Virus record (IMG/VR): IMGVR_UViG_3300049917_000088
Coordinates: 1-25,098 of that record
Source of the DNA: a virus
Lineage: Duplodnaviria; Caudoviricetes
Length of the DNA stretch: 25,098 nucleotides
Strand: one strand, 5' to 3'
In this document: positions 7,660 to 16,006 of the stretch, piece after piece
Position numbering within the stretch: the stretch's first letter is position 1
How the letters are laid out: each line of letters begins with the position of its first letter
The notes under the pieces: generated by a model
What the model was told of the DNA's origin: nothing
Database searches by the model: none
Seen by the model: the letters and a program-made list of their open reading frames with translations, nothing else
Translations under genes and position numbers: made by a program

Positions 7660-7778
7660 GTGAGAGTTTAGGGGAGTCAGCAGAGGGTTTGTTCGTAGGG
7701 GTCCGAACCCTATTCCGGATGCTTTTGACTTATAAACGACAGCCAGGTCCCCGTAGAAAATGTGCCCCTTACTCTCAC
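7660..7778 (+). ncRNA. Candidate structured RNA 3 with anti-leader loop
   Basis: GTGAGAGT/ACTCTCAC plus AGGGG/CCCCT closing stem; AGTCA/TGACT; AGGGTTTG/CGAACCCT stem with loop TTCGTAGGGGTC. Confidence 0.7.
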
Positions 7779-7804
7779 AAAATTCAATTATGAAAAGGAA
7801 TGTC

Positions 7805-7987
7805 ATGAGAATTTACTTCGATGCCGTTCTGGACATCACACTCAAGCCCGTCTTCAACGGAACTTCGGAAGAGACGCAAAAGTTCGTTGAGGATTGCAAG
7901 GATGATCTGATGTTCGAACACTACATGGTCTGCATCGGTCGAACCCTCGAACTCGTCTCGTTCACGGAATACCTGGCTCGCAAGTAA
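7805..7987 (+). CDS. Hypothetical protein (60 aa)
   Basis: ATG 7805 after AAAGGAA; last codons overlap promoter copy 4. Confidence 0.65.
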   Translation: MRIYFDAVLDITLKPVFNGTSEETQKFVEDCKDDLMFEHYMVCIGRTLELVSFTEYLARK

Positions 7988-8020
7988 TACAGGGCCTATA
8001 ATGAGAACCCCTACGAAAGG
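7978..8020 (+). promoter_or_regulatory. Repeated promoter motif copy 4 plus leader
   Basis: TCGCA-AGTAA-TACA-GGGCC-TATAAT-GAGAA-CCCCTACGAAAGG. Confidence 0.85.
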
Positions 8021-8026
8021 ACCCTG

Positions 8027-8293
8027 ATGAAAGACAAACTCGAAATCACCAAGGTCGTTGTTCACAACATGACCGGCTACGCCATAGGCGCAGCAACAGG
8101 CCAGTTCTTCCGCACTTTCCGCCGTCACAGTGACAACAAGACCGTCGAGCTCCTCATCGACGTGTCAACCCTGATCACCGTGTTCGCGGTCAGTGCGCTA
8201 GCACACGAGCCCGTTCGCGACTACACCGACGCCCAGATCGACAAGGCAGCGGCCTGGTGGAAAGAGAACGTCACACCCAAGCTCCAGAAATAG
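8027..8293 (+). CDS. Small membrane-associated protein
   Basis: 88 aa, two moderately hydrophobic segments, inside a promoter-terminator cassette. Confidence 0.8.
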   Translation: MKDKLEITKVVVHNMTGYAIGAATGQFFRTFRRHSDNKTVELLIDVSTLITVFAVSALAHEPVRDYTDAQIDKAAAWWKENVTPKLQK

Positions 8294-8300
8294 CAACCTC

Positions 8301-8338
8301 AAAACTAATCGACCCTTAAACAAGGTCTTTTAGTTTTT
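8301..8338 (+). terminator. Intrinsic terminator homologous to 5445-5481
   Basis: AAAACTAA..GACC / GGTC..TTAGTTTT, loop CTTAAACAA. Confidence 0.75.
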
Positions 8339-8356
8339 CTTGGGATAGAGGCAATT

Positions 8357-9022
8357 GTGGAAGAGTTCCCCGGTAATGCCCACAAGGCAAAGCCTTACAA
8401 TGCCAAGGTAACGCCAGCCAAGAAGGACGCCGAGGTTTCCGAAGACAAAAAGGTCGAGAAGATCGTCTCGGGTAAGGTCGTCCGTCGTAAGAAGCCCATC
8501 ACGAAGAGGTTCCTGGAGACATTCATCGGCGGAGACGATGCCAAGAGCGTTCTGGCCTACGTCGTCATCGACGTTCTTGTTCCCGCGGCGAAGGACATGA
8601 TCGCCGATGCGGTGAACCAGGGTTTCCAAAGGATGCTCTTCGGCGAAGGGGCAACTACGACTCGGCGTCATGGAGGTCGTCCAAGCGGACCGGCAGGATA
8701 TCAGTCCTACAACCGATTCTCACCCGGATCGCGACCGCCTCGCGAAGAGCATCGCGACATCAGTCGTCGTGGTCGAGCCCGTCACGAATTTGACGAGATC
8801 ATCCTGGCCACTCGAGCAGAGGCCGAGGAGACCATCGACCGGATGTTCGATCTGATCGCCAGATACGAGATCGCCACGGTGGCAGATCTGTACGGTCTGG
8901 TCGACATCTCGGGCAGCTACACGGACGAGAAGTGGGGCTGGACCGACATGCGCGGTTCGCGCGCGACACGAGTGAGTGGGGGATATTTGCTGGATCTCCC
9001 CAAGCCTGAACCCATCGACTGA
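8357..9022 (+). CDS. Conserved hypothetical protein sharing the DUF6353-like C-terminal motif
   Basis: 221 aa; IATVADLYGLVDISGSYTDEKWGW. Confidence 0.8.
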   Translation: MEEFPGNAHKAKPYNAKVTPAKKDAEVSEDKKVEKIVSGKVVRRKKPITKRFLETFIGGDDAKSVLAYVVIDVLVPAAKDMIADAVNQGFQRMLFGEGATTTRRHGGRPSGPAGYQSYNRFSPGSRPPREEHRDISRRGRARHEFDEIILATRAEAEETIDRMFDLIARYEIATVADLYGLVDISGSYTDEKWGWTDMRGSRATRVSGGYLLDLPKPEPID

Positions 9023-9025
9023 GTC

Positions 9026-9160
9026 ATGAACACCGATCAAATGCGCCGCATCCTAAAAGAAGTATACGTAGGTTTGGCGTGGCGCCGGAAAATCAACGAG
9101 GCTAAGGACGGCCAGATCGTGGCCATTTACAATCGTCTCAAGCGAGAAGGAAAGGTCTGA
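9026..9160 (+). CDS. 44-aa hypothetical protein (not in ORF track)
   Basis: MNTDQMRRILKEVYVGLAWRRKINEAKDGQIVAIYNRLKREGKV fills the gap between two genes. Confidence 0.7.
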   Translation: MNTDQMRRILKEVYVGLAWRRKINEAKDGQIVAIYNRLKREGKV

Positions 9161-9161
9161 G

Positions 9162-10064
9162 ATGAACTTGAAGTCACTCAAGAACGTGGTGACCAGCAAG
9201 GCCGGTCGCTCGGTTCTGAAAATGCAGAAGCACTCCCCCGTCATCCTCTTCACCGCCGGTGTGGTGGGTGTGGTGGGAACGGTCGTTCTGGCCTGCCAGG
9301 CAACCCTCAAGATGGACGAGGCCCTGGACGAGATCACCAAGCAGAAGACCGCCGCCAAGGAACTGCACGACCGCAACATGGACCAGTACAGCGACGAGGA
9401 CTTCAAGCAGGACATGATGCTCCTGTACGTCCGGAGCGCCGTCAAGATCGTCAAGTTGTACGCGCCGGCCATCGTCGTGGGTGTTGCATCGATCGCGGCC
9501 CTGACCGGAGCCCACGTGGTGCTGAGTCGACGCAACATCGCCGTCACCGCGGCCTACGCGGCCCTCGAGAAGGGCTACCAGGAGTACCGCCGTCGGGTGG
9601 TCGACGACCTGGGCGAGGACAAGGACCGGGAATACCGATATGGGCTGGTGGATCACGAGGTCCACGAGAAGAAGGCCGACGGCAGTACCGAGATCACCAA
9701 GATCAAGGGACTGAACAACAAGGACATCTCGATCTACGCCCGGTTCTTCGACGAGACCTGCAAGGACTGGAACCGGAACGCCGGCTACAACTCGATGTTC
9801 ATCCAGTGCCAGCAGAACTACGCCAACGATCTGCTGCGCGCGCGAGGACACGTCTTCCTCAACGAGGTCTACGACATGCTCGGAATGCCCCGCTCCAAGG
9901 AGGGTGCCGTGGTCGGCTGGGTGGTCAACGACCGGGGTGACAACTACGTGGACTTCGGCGTCTTCAGTGGCGACACGTTCATGGGCCAGGAGTTCGTCAA
10001 CGGCAACGAGATGGCCGTCCTGCTGGACTTCAACGTCGATGGCATCATCTACGACAAAATCTAA
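9162..10064 (+). CDS. DUF6353-like membrane protein, paralog B
   Basis: HSPVILFTAGVVG...KLYAPAIVVG...HVFLNEVYDMLG...VGW...LDFNVDG; very strong C/G third-position bias. Confidence 0.8.
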   Translation: MNLKSLKNVVTSKAGRSVLKMQKHSPVILFTAGVVGVVGTVVLACQATLKMDEALDEITKQKTAAKELHDRNMDQYSDEDFKQDMMLLYVRSAVKIVKLYAPAIVVGVASIAALTGAHVVLSRRNIAVTAAYAALEKGYQEYRRRVVDDLGEDKDREYRYGLVDHEVHEKKADGSTEITKIKGLNNKDISIYARFFDETCKDWNRNAGYNSMFIQCQQNYANDLLRARGHVFLNEVYDMLGMPRSKEGAVVGWVVNDRGDNYVDFGVFSGDTFMGQEFVNGNEMAVLLDFNVDGIIYDKI

Positions 10065-10072
10065 GGTGGTGC

Positions 10073-10759
10073 TTGGTGAACCGAAACATTCTGATCATCT
10101 CGGCCTCTGTTCTTGTTGGGCTCACCTCTGGCTTCGCCGGGGGCTATCTGTTCGCGAAGACGCAAATCCAGAAGGACATGGAGGAGCGACTGGGCGAGGA
10201 GATCGAGGCGACGAAGGAGTTCTACGGCAATCTCCACCAGAAAGAGTACTTGACTCCTGAAGATGCTGTGGCCGCTCTGATTCCCAAGAGCGAAGGCGTC
10301 AGTGCCAAAATGGCCGCCCAGGCCGTTCGGGTATACCAGGGTGACATCAAGGAGCTCAATCTTCCATCCAAGGATGTCGAGGAAGAAAAGAAGAACGCGG
10401 AATCCGTTCTGAAAAACATCTTCGCGACACCTCCTCCCGAGGGATATCTCGGACCCGAGAGGCGTGACCCCGGACGTCCCTACGTCATCGCCGTCGACGA
10501 CTACATGTCGAACGACACGAATTACACGCAGGTGACGTTGACCTACTACGCCGGCGATCAGGTCCTCGTGGACGAGCGGGACGAACCGATTGAGCTGATC
10601 GATCAGACAGTCGGTGGTCACGAAGCTCTCGAATTCGGAGTTCTATCCGAGGACGAGAACATGGTCTACATCCGCAACGAAAGTCTCGAGACGGACTTCG
10701 AGATCGCCAAGAGCGAGGGCAAGTACTCCGAAGAGGTCCTCGGCCTTCGGAGTTCGTGA
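10073..10759 (+). CDS. Membrane-anchored hypothetical protein
   Basis: N-terminal TM, acidic C-terminal domain (LTYYAGDQVLVDE...VYIRNE). Confidence 0.75.
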   Translation: MVNRNILIISASVLVGLTSGFAGGYLFAKTQIQKDMEERLGEEIEATKEFYGNLHQKEYLTPEDAVAALIPKSEGVSAKMAAQAVRVYQGDIKELNLPSKDVEEEKKNAESVLKNIFATPPPEGYLGPERRDPGRPYVIAVDDYMSNDTNYTQVTLTYYAGDQVLVDERDEPIELIDQTVGGHEALEFGVLSEDENMVYIRNESLETDFEIAKSEGKYSEEVLGLRSS

Positions 10760-11292
10760 TGGCGAAGCCACTTGATGAGCTATATTTCACATGGCTCTAT
10801 AGTCAAGTCGGCTCAGTGAGGAACAAGAATCCATCAACCAGTCACTGGAAATTATTGAAACTCCTGTACACTAAGGAGTTCGTCTGGATCGTTCCGAACG
10901 ATGACAATCGAGCAGAAGACGGACGAGACCTCAGGGTTGAGTTCTTGCAAGAGACGCCACTACCCATTCAGGATATGGAAACCCACTGGATGGGTCTTGG
11001 GTGTGACATGCTCGAGCTCCTGATCGGACTATCGCGAAGGCTCTCATTCGAGGGTGAGGGAGAGCCTCGCGAATGGTTCTGGCATTTGATCGAGAACATT
11101 GAGTTGTACGAACACACAGACGACAAGCCCATAAATGAGGAACGTGTCAAAGACATTTTGGATGAAGTTATCTGGAGGACCTATTTGCCTACAGGCAAGG
11201 GCGGTCTATTTCCTCTGAAAGAAGCTAAAAAAGATCAGCGGAGAGTTGAGCTCTGGTACCAACTGAGCGCGTACCTCCTGGAACGCGAATAG
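10756..11292 (+). CDS. Conserved phage hypothetical protein
   Basis: NDDNRAEDGRDLR...GKGGLFPL...ELWYQLSAYL; directly upstream of the replicase. Confidence 0.75.
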   Translation: MMAKPLDELYFTWLYSQVGSVRNKNPSTSHWKLLKLLYTKEFVWIVPNDDNRAEDGRDLRVEFLQETPLPIQDMETHWMGLGCDMLELLIGLSRRLSFEGEGEPREWFWHLIENIELYEHTDDKPINEERVKDILDEVIWRTYLPTGKGGLFPLKEAKKDQRRVELWYQLSAYLLERE

Positions 11293-11309
11293 ACCGGGAG
11301 GAGGTATCA

Positions 11310-14300
11310 ATGGATTTCTTTCAGATCTGTGTTAGGGAAATTGAAAGAGGACCTAACAAAGGTAAAAGCGAAATCTTTCCAGACTTTGTGGTTGGACGCT
11401 CAAAAGACTTGATGGTCAGAGGACGCTCCTTCTACGCGATCTGGGACGAAAACACAAATCTGTGGTCTACAGATGAATACGACGTACAAAGGATTGTGGA
11501 CGATAAACTTCGTTCATATGCGAAGGACAAAGAAATAAATCATGTCAAATACATGAAGTCCTTCGGTACCAACGGATGGAATCAATTCCGTAGGTTCATG
11601 AGTCAGATCAGTGACAACAGCCATCAGCTGGACGAGAGTCTGACCTTCGCAAATACCGACGTGAAGAAGACCGACTACGTCAGTCGCAGACTCCCCTACA
11701 ATTTGGCCCCCGGAGATATCGGAGCCTGGGACGAGTTGATCGGTGTTCTGTATTCTTCTCAGGAAAGGGAGAAGATCGAATGGGCGATCGGAGCGGTGGT
11801 TTCCGGGGAATCGAAAACGATCCAGAAGTTTCTGGTCCTCTATGGTCCCGCTGGTACGGGGAAATCGACAGTTCTGAACATCATCCAGAAGTTGTTCGAT
11901 GGATACACAACGTCGTTCGAGGCAAAAGCGCTTGGCGGGAGCAACAACTCCTTCTCTACGGAGGTGTTCAAAGCCAACCCCCTAGTGGCTTTGCAACACG
12001 ATGGGGATTTGTCCAAGATCGAGGACAACACGAAGCTGAACTCGATCATCTCGCACGAAGACATGACCATGAACGAAAAATACAAGCCGGCCTTCACTGC
12101 CAAGGTAAACGCCTTCCTGTTCATGGGTACCAACCAACCTGTCAAGATCTCGGATGCAAAATCTGGGATCATTCGTCGCCTGATCGACGTCCACCCCAGT
12201 GGCGAGAAGCTTGCGCCACGCCACTACCACAATCTGATGTCGAAGATCGACTTCGAGCTTGGTGCGATCGCCCAGCACTGCCTTGATGTGTATCGCGCGC
12301 GAGGGAAGAACTACTACAACGCGTATCGACCGTTGGAGATGATGCTGCAGACTGACATCTTCTTCAACTTCATCGAGGCTAACTACGACATCTTCAAGGA
12401 GCAGAACGGCACGACTCTGAAGCAGGCCTACGCCTTGTACAAGGAGTACTGTGCTGACACGGGCATTGAGCGACCCCTACCGCAATACAAAGTCCGAGAA
12501 GAGTTGCGCAACTACTTCCAAGACTTCCAGGACCGCGGAATAGTAGACCAGACGACGGTCAGAAGCTATTACTCCGGGTTCACAGCACACCCGTTCAAGA
12601 CTCCTGTGGATGACGATGAAGGCAACGCGTTCTCGCTTGTGATGGATGAGTCTACGTCGATCTTCGATCTTGAGTATGCTGACTGCCCCGCTCAGTATGC
12701 GAAAGAGGGAGACATTCCACAAACGCGGTGGGCGAACGTAAAGACCACCCTTGCGGAGATCGACACTTCGAGAGTTCATTTCGTCCAGACTCCAGAAAAT
12801 CTAATTGTAATCGACTTTGATTTGGAGGATGAGAACGGTGATAAATCTCTTGAACGAAATCTTGCCGCGGCTAGTGCTTGGCCTCCCACTTACGGAGAGC
12901 TTAGTAAAAGCGGCTCAGCAGTCCATCTCCATTACCTTTGGACCGGCGGGGAAGATGTTTCCCGACTCGATCCTCATTACGATGACGGAATCGAAGTCAA
13001 AGTCTTCACCGGCAACTCTTCGCTACGTCGTCGACTTAGCCGCGCTAACAACGTCCCCATCGCCGAACTCAACTCCGGACTCCCGCTGAAGGAGAAGAAA
13101 GTGCTCACCTCCCAGACCATCCAAAGCGAAAAGGGTGTTCGGGAGATGATCGCCCGAAATCTTCGAAAGGAGATCCACCCGGGAACGAAGTCTTCCGTGG
13201 ACTTCATCTACCGAATCCTCGAGGATGCACATCTCTCGGGGATGGTCTACGACGTCTCTGATCTTCAGAACAAGATCATGGCGTTCGCGAACAACAGTAC
13301 GAACCAGCCACTGCTGGCTTTGAAGGTGGTTCGTAGGATGAAGTTCAAGTCTGAGGAAGGCTCTCAGATACCCCTACAGCCCTCTGAGAAGCCCGTAGAG
13401 GAACGTTATGCGTTCTTCGACGTCGAGGTATACCCTAACCTCTTCATCGTCTGCTGGAAGTTCCAGGGTGACTCTACGGTGGTGCGGATGATCAATCCGT
13501 CGCCGCAAGAAGTCGAGAGGTTGTTCCAGTTCAAGCTGATTGGCTTCAACAACCGGCGGTACGACAATCACATCCTGTACGGCCGCTACATGGGGTTCGA
13601 CAATGAACAGCTGTACAAGCTGTCGCAGAAGATCATCGACGGCAGTGTCGGAGCGATGTTCGGCGAGGCCTACAACATCTCGTTCGCGGACATCTACGAC
13701 TTCACCTCGAGGAAACAGGGGTTGAAGAAGTATCAGATCGAGCTCGGCATCCCTCACAAGGAGATGGATATTCCCTGGGACCAGCCGGTTCCCGAGAATC
13801 GCTGGAAGGACGTCGAGGACTACTGCGCCAACGACGTAGAGTCCACCGAAGCGACATTCGAATCTCGAGCATCAGACTGGGCTGCTCGACTGATTCTTGC
13901 TGAGCTCAGTGGATTGTCAGCGAACCACACGACCCAGAAACACACCGCCGCGATCATCTTCGGCGGAGACAGGAACCCTCAGCGAGACTTCGTATATACA
14001 AATTTGGCGAAGGAGTTTCCGGGCTATGTATTTGACCGCGGCCAGAGTACGTATCGTGGCGAAACCCCCGGCGAGGGCGGTTACGTATACGACGAGCCAG
14101 GCATTTATTCGGACGTGGCGCTTCTGGATGTGGCGTCTATGCATCCGACGAGTATTGAGCAGCTCGGTGTTTTCGGAGACTACACTGCTAAGTATTCGGA
14201 GCTCAAAGAAGCACGCCTGGCAATTAAGGCTAAGGACTACGACCGTGCCCGGACTCTGCTTGGAGGGCGACTTTCTCCATATCTGGGTTCTGATCAGGAC

Positions 14301-15086
14301 AGCACGGCGCTTTCCGACGCTCTTAAGATTGCACTTAACATCGTCTATGGACTGACGAGCGCCAAGTTCGACAATCCCTTCCGGGATATTCGCAACGTCG
14401 ACAATATCGTTGCGAAACGCGGCGCATTGTTCATGATCGATCTCAAGCACTTCCTCCAAGAGCGTGGCTACACCGTCGCCCACATCAAGACCGATTCGGT
14501 GAAGATCCCGAACGCCACGCCGGAGATCATCCAGGAAGTCATGCTGTTCGGCGAGAAATACGGCTACACATTCGAGTACAACCCCGACAAGGATCAGTAC
14601 TCGAAGTTGGCCTTGGTCAACGCCGCGGTCTACATCGCCAAGAAAGACCACTGTGCAGAGAATTCGTGGATTGCGGTGGGCGCTCAGTTCCAGCATCCCT
14701 ACGTGTTCAAGACTCTGTTCAGTGGAGAAGTAGTCGAGTTCAAGGACCTGTGCGAAACCAAGCAGGTGTCCAAGGGCGCCATGCAGCTGGACTTCGACTC
14801 GACGAAGCCGATGGCCTTCACAGACATCGCGGACAAACTCCACTTCGTCGGGAGGACCGGTCAGTTTGTCCCGGTCAAGGAAGGGTTTGGTGGAGGTATT
14901 CTCTACCGCGTCATGGACGACAAGACCTACGCTGTGGCCGGCACCAAGGGCTACCTGTGGGTTGAGTCGCACGTGGCCGAGAAACTTCCGCGGGAAGCAA
15001 TCGACATGAGCTACTTCGATCGTCTGGTCGACGAGGCTCGCAACACCATCGGGAAGTTCGGGGACTTCGAAACGTTCGTGAGTTAG
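11310..15086 (+). CDS. Fused SF3 helicase - AEP primase - 3'-5' exonuclease - family B DNA polymerase
   Basis: Walker A GPAGTGKS; AEP motifs IVIDFD and SKSGSAVHLHY; Exo motifs FDVEV, GFNNRRYD, YCANDV; PolB motifs DVASMHP, KIALNIVYG, HIKTDS. Confidence 0.9.
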   Translation: MDFFQICVREIERGPNKGKSEIFPDFVVGRSKDLMVRGRSFYAIWDENTNLWSTDEYDVQRIVDDKLRSYAKDKEINHVKYMKSFGTNGWNQFRRFMSQISDNSHQLDESLTFANTDVKKTDYVSRRLPYNLAPGDIGAWDELIGVLYSSQEREKIEWAIGAVVSGESKTIQKFLVLYGPAGTGKSTVLNIIQKLFDGYTTSFEAKALGGSNNSFSTEVFKANPLVALQHDGDLSKIEDNTKLNSIISHEDMTMNEKYKPAFTAKVNAFLFMGTNQPVKISDAKSGIIRRLIDVHPSGEKLAPRHYHNLMSKIDFELGAIAQHCLDVYRARGKNYYNAYRPLEMMLQTDIFFNFIEANYDIFKEQNGTTLKQAYALYKEYCADTGIERPLPQYKVREELRNYFQDFQDRGIVDQTTVRSYYSGFTAHPFKTPVDDDEGNAFSLVMDESTSIFDLEYADCPAQYAKEGDIPQTRWANVKTTLAEIDTSRVHFVQTPENLIVIDFDLEDENGDKSLERNLAAASAWPPTYGELSKSGSAVHLHYLWTGGEDVSRLDPHYDDGIEVKVFTGNSSLRRRLSRANNVPIAELNSGLPLKEKKVLTSQTIQSEKGVREMIARNLRKEIHPGTKSSVDFIYRILEDAHLSGMVYDVSDLQNKIMAFANNSTNQPLLALKVVRRMKFKSEEGSQIPLQPSEKPVEERYAFFDVEVYPNLFIVCWKFQGDSTVVRMINPSPQEVERLFQFKLIGFNNRRYDNHILYGRYMGFDNEQLYKLSQKIIDGSVGAMFGEAYNISFADIYDFTSRKQGLKKYQIELGIPHKEMDIPWDQPVPENRWKDVEDYCANDVESTEATFESRASDWAARLILAELSGLSANHTTQKHTAAIIFGGDRNPQRDFVYTNLAKEFPGYVFDRGQSTYRGETPGEGGYVYDEPGIYSDVALLDVASMHPTSIEQLGVFGDYTAKYSELKEARLAIKAKDYDRARTLLGGRLSPYLGSDQDSTALSDALKIALNIVYGLTSAKFDNPFRDIRNVDNIVAKRGALFMIDLKHFLQERGYTVAHIKTDSVKIPNATPEIIQEVMLFGEKYGYTFEYNPDKDQYSKLALVNAAVYIAKKDHCAENSWIAVGAQFQHPYVFKTLFSGEVVEFKDLCETKQVSKGAMQLDFDSTKPMAFTDIADKLHFVGRTGQFVPVKEGFGGGILYRVMDDKTYAVAGTKGYLWVESHVAEKLPREAIDMSYFDRLVDEARNTIGKFGDFETFVS

Positions 15087-15093
15087 GAATAAT

Positions 15094-15282
15094 GTGAAAG
15101 TTCCTCTTAAGAACTCGAAGGGACAGATTATCGGATCCGCGGAGGTATCGAAGGACGGTTCTTTCACTGCGACCTTCGACGAGGGGGTTCCGGGAAAAGA
15201 CATTTCTGCGATGTTAATCTCCGGAAACATGAAGGGCATGTGCATCGTCTTCTACAAAAAAGACGGCTTAGCCATGAGGTAA
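15094..15282 (+). CDS. Hypothetical protein
   Basis: 62 aa, RBS AGGA, GTG start. Confidence 0.55.
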   Translation: MKVPLKNSKGQIIGSAEVSKDGSFTATFDEGVPGKDISAMLISGNMKGMCIVFYKKDGLAMR

Positions 15283-15343
15283 TTCGAACCTCGAGATCGA
15301 CGACAACGTCCAACACAACTTCTTCGACTAACAGGAGAGAGCT

Positions 15344-15544
15344 TTGCGTAAGAGCGTCGCTGTTCTGGCGGCTGTTCTTGTCCTGACGGGGTCCACTGCT
15401 GCGAAATGTGGTGGGCCCCACGACAAGTGCAAGCCGTACGGGACCCGGATCGACAAGGAAAACCCGCACCGCTACTGGGTCTGCAACAAGGACGGAACCA
15501 AGGAAGAACCGGTCGACGCACCCGGTCCATTCCCCAGCCAGTAA
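15344..15544 (+). CDS. Small secreted protein / possible lipoprotein
   Basis: RBS AGGAGAG; signal-peptide-like MRKSVAVLAAVLVLTGSTAAKC. Confidence 0.6.
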   Translation: MRKSVAVLAAVLVLTGSTAAKCGGPHDKCKPYGTRIDKENPHRYWVCNKDGTKEEPVDAPGPFPSQ

Positions 15545-15587
15545 TCAGCCGTCGATAGCAGTTCGGAAACCGGGAGGCATTTGTAGA

Positions 15588-15866
15588 ATGAGCACACCCA
15601 AGAGGTACCGAATGGTCGTATTCACGGTCGAAGCCATCCAACTCACACCGAACAGTGTGAAGGACACAGCACTCTGGTGTGGTGGCTACGAGATCGAGCA
15701 GTACGACGCAATCGACCGGTCGAAGAAGTTCGTCGGCCTGAACATCCCGACGATGGAGGGTGTCAAGCGAGCCAGCGAGACGGACTACGTCGTCAAGGAA
15801 GCAACCGGGACCTTCTCCGTCATGTCCCAACGGGAGTTCGAGTCCAAGTACGAGCTCGTCGTCTAA
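15588..15866 (+). CDS. Small phage protein, VEAIQ...TMEG...DYVV family (paralog 1)
   Basis: ATG 15588 after GGGAGG; common phage motif pattern ending FESKYE. Confidence 0.7.
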   Translation: MSTPKRYRMVVFTVEAIQLTPNSVKDTALWCGGYEIEQYDAIDRSKKFVGLNIPTMEGVKRASETDYVVKEATGTFSVMSQREFESKYELVV

Positions 15867-15875
15867 GGAGTTGAC

Positions 15876-15995
15876 GTGCTGCGCTGGTTCAAGGCGAAGA
15901 TGGAATACTGCTGGCCTTGTTCTTTGGGTCGATGTTCCGAAGTCGTCCAGAAAGACAACTACTGCCCGTGTTGCCGGGCGGATCACGCAAGATAA
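15876..15995 (+). CDS. 39-aa Cys-rich, probably Zn-binding peptide (not in ORF track)
   Basis: RBS AAGGAG, GTG; MLRWFKAKMEYCWPCSLGRCSEVVQKDNYCPCCRADHAR. Confidence 0.65.
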   Translation: MLRWFKAKMEYCWPCSLGRCSEVVQKDNYCPCCRADHAR

Positions 15996-16006
15996 GAGGA
16001 GTGAGC

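Noticed and set aside
4720-7778. tRNA, SRP, twister or HDV-like identity for the three structured RNAs
   Set aside because: No cloverleaf/TTCGA arm; GCCAGGTCC lacks the SRP GNRA/AGCAG partner; ribozyme cores could not be completed by eye
8348-8359. GAGGCAATTGTG shared with 17898-17909
   Set aside because: Largely explained by RBS plus GTG start; only two copies and no further similarity
13917-15245. 442-aa minus-strand ORF (and other long minus-strand ORFs such as 3019-3849, 6814-7569, 9174-9851, 17736-18503, 21934-22683)
   Set aside because: Antisense shadows of well-supported + strand genes caused by codon bias; no RBS or recognisable motifs
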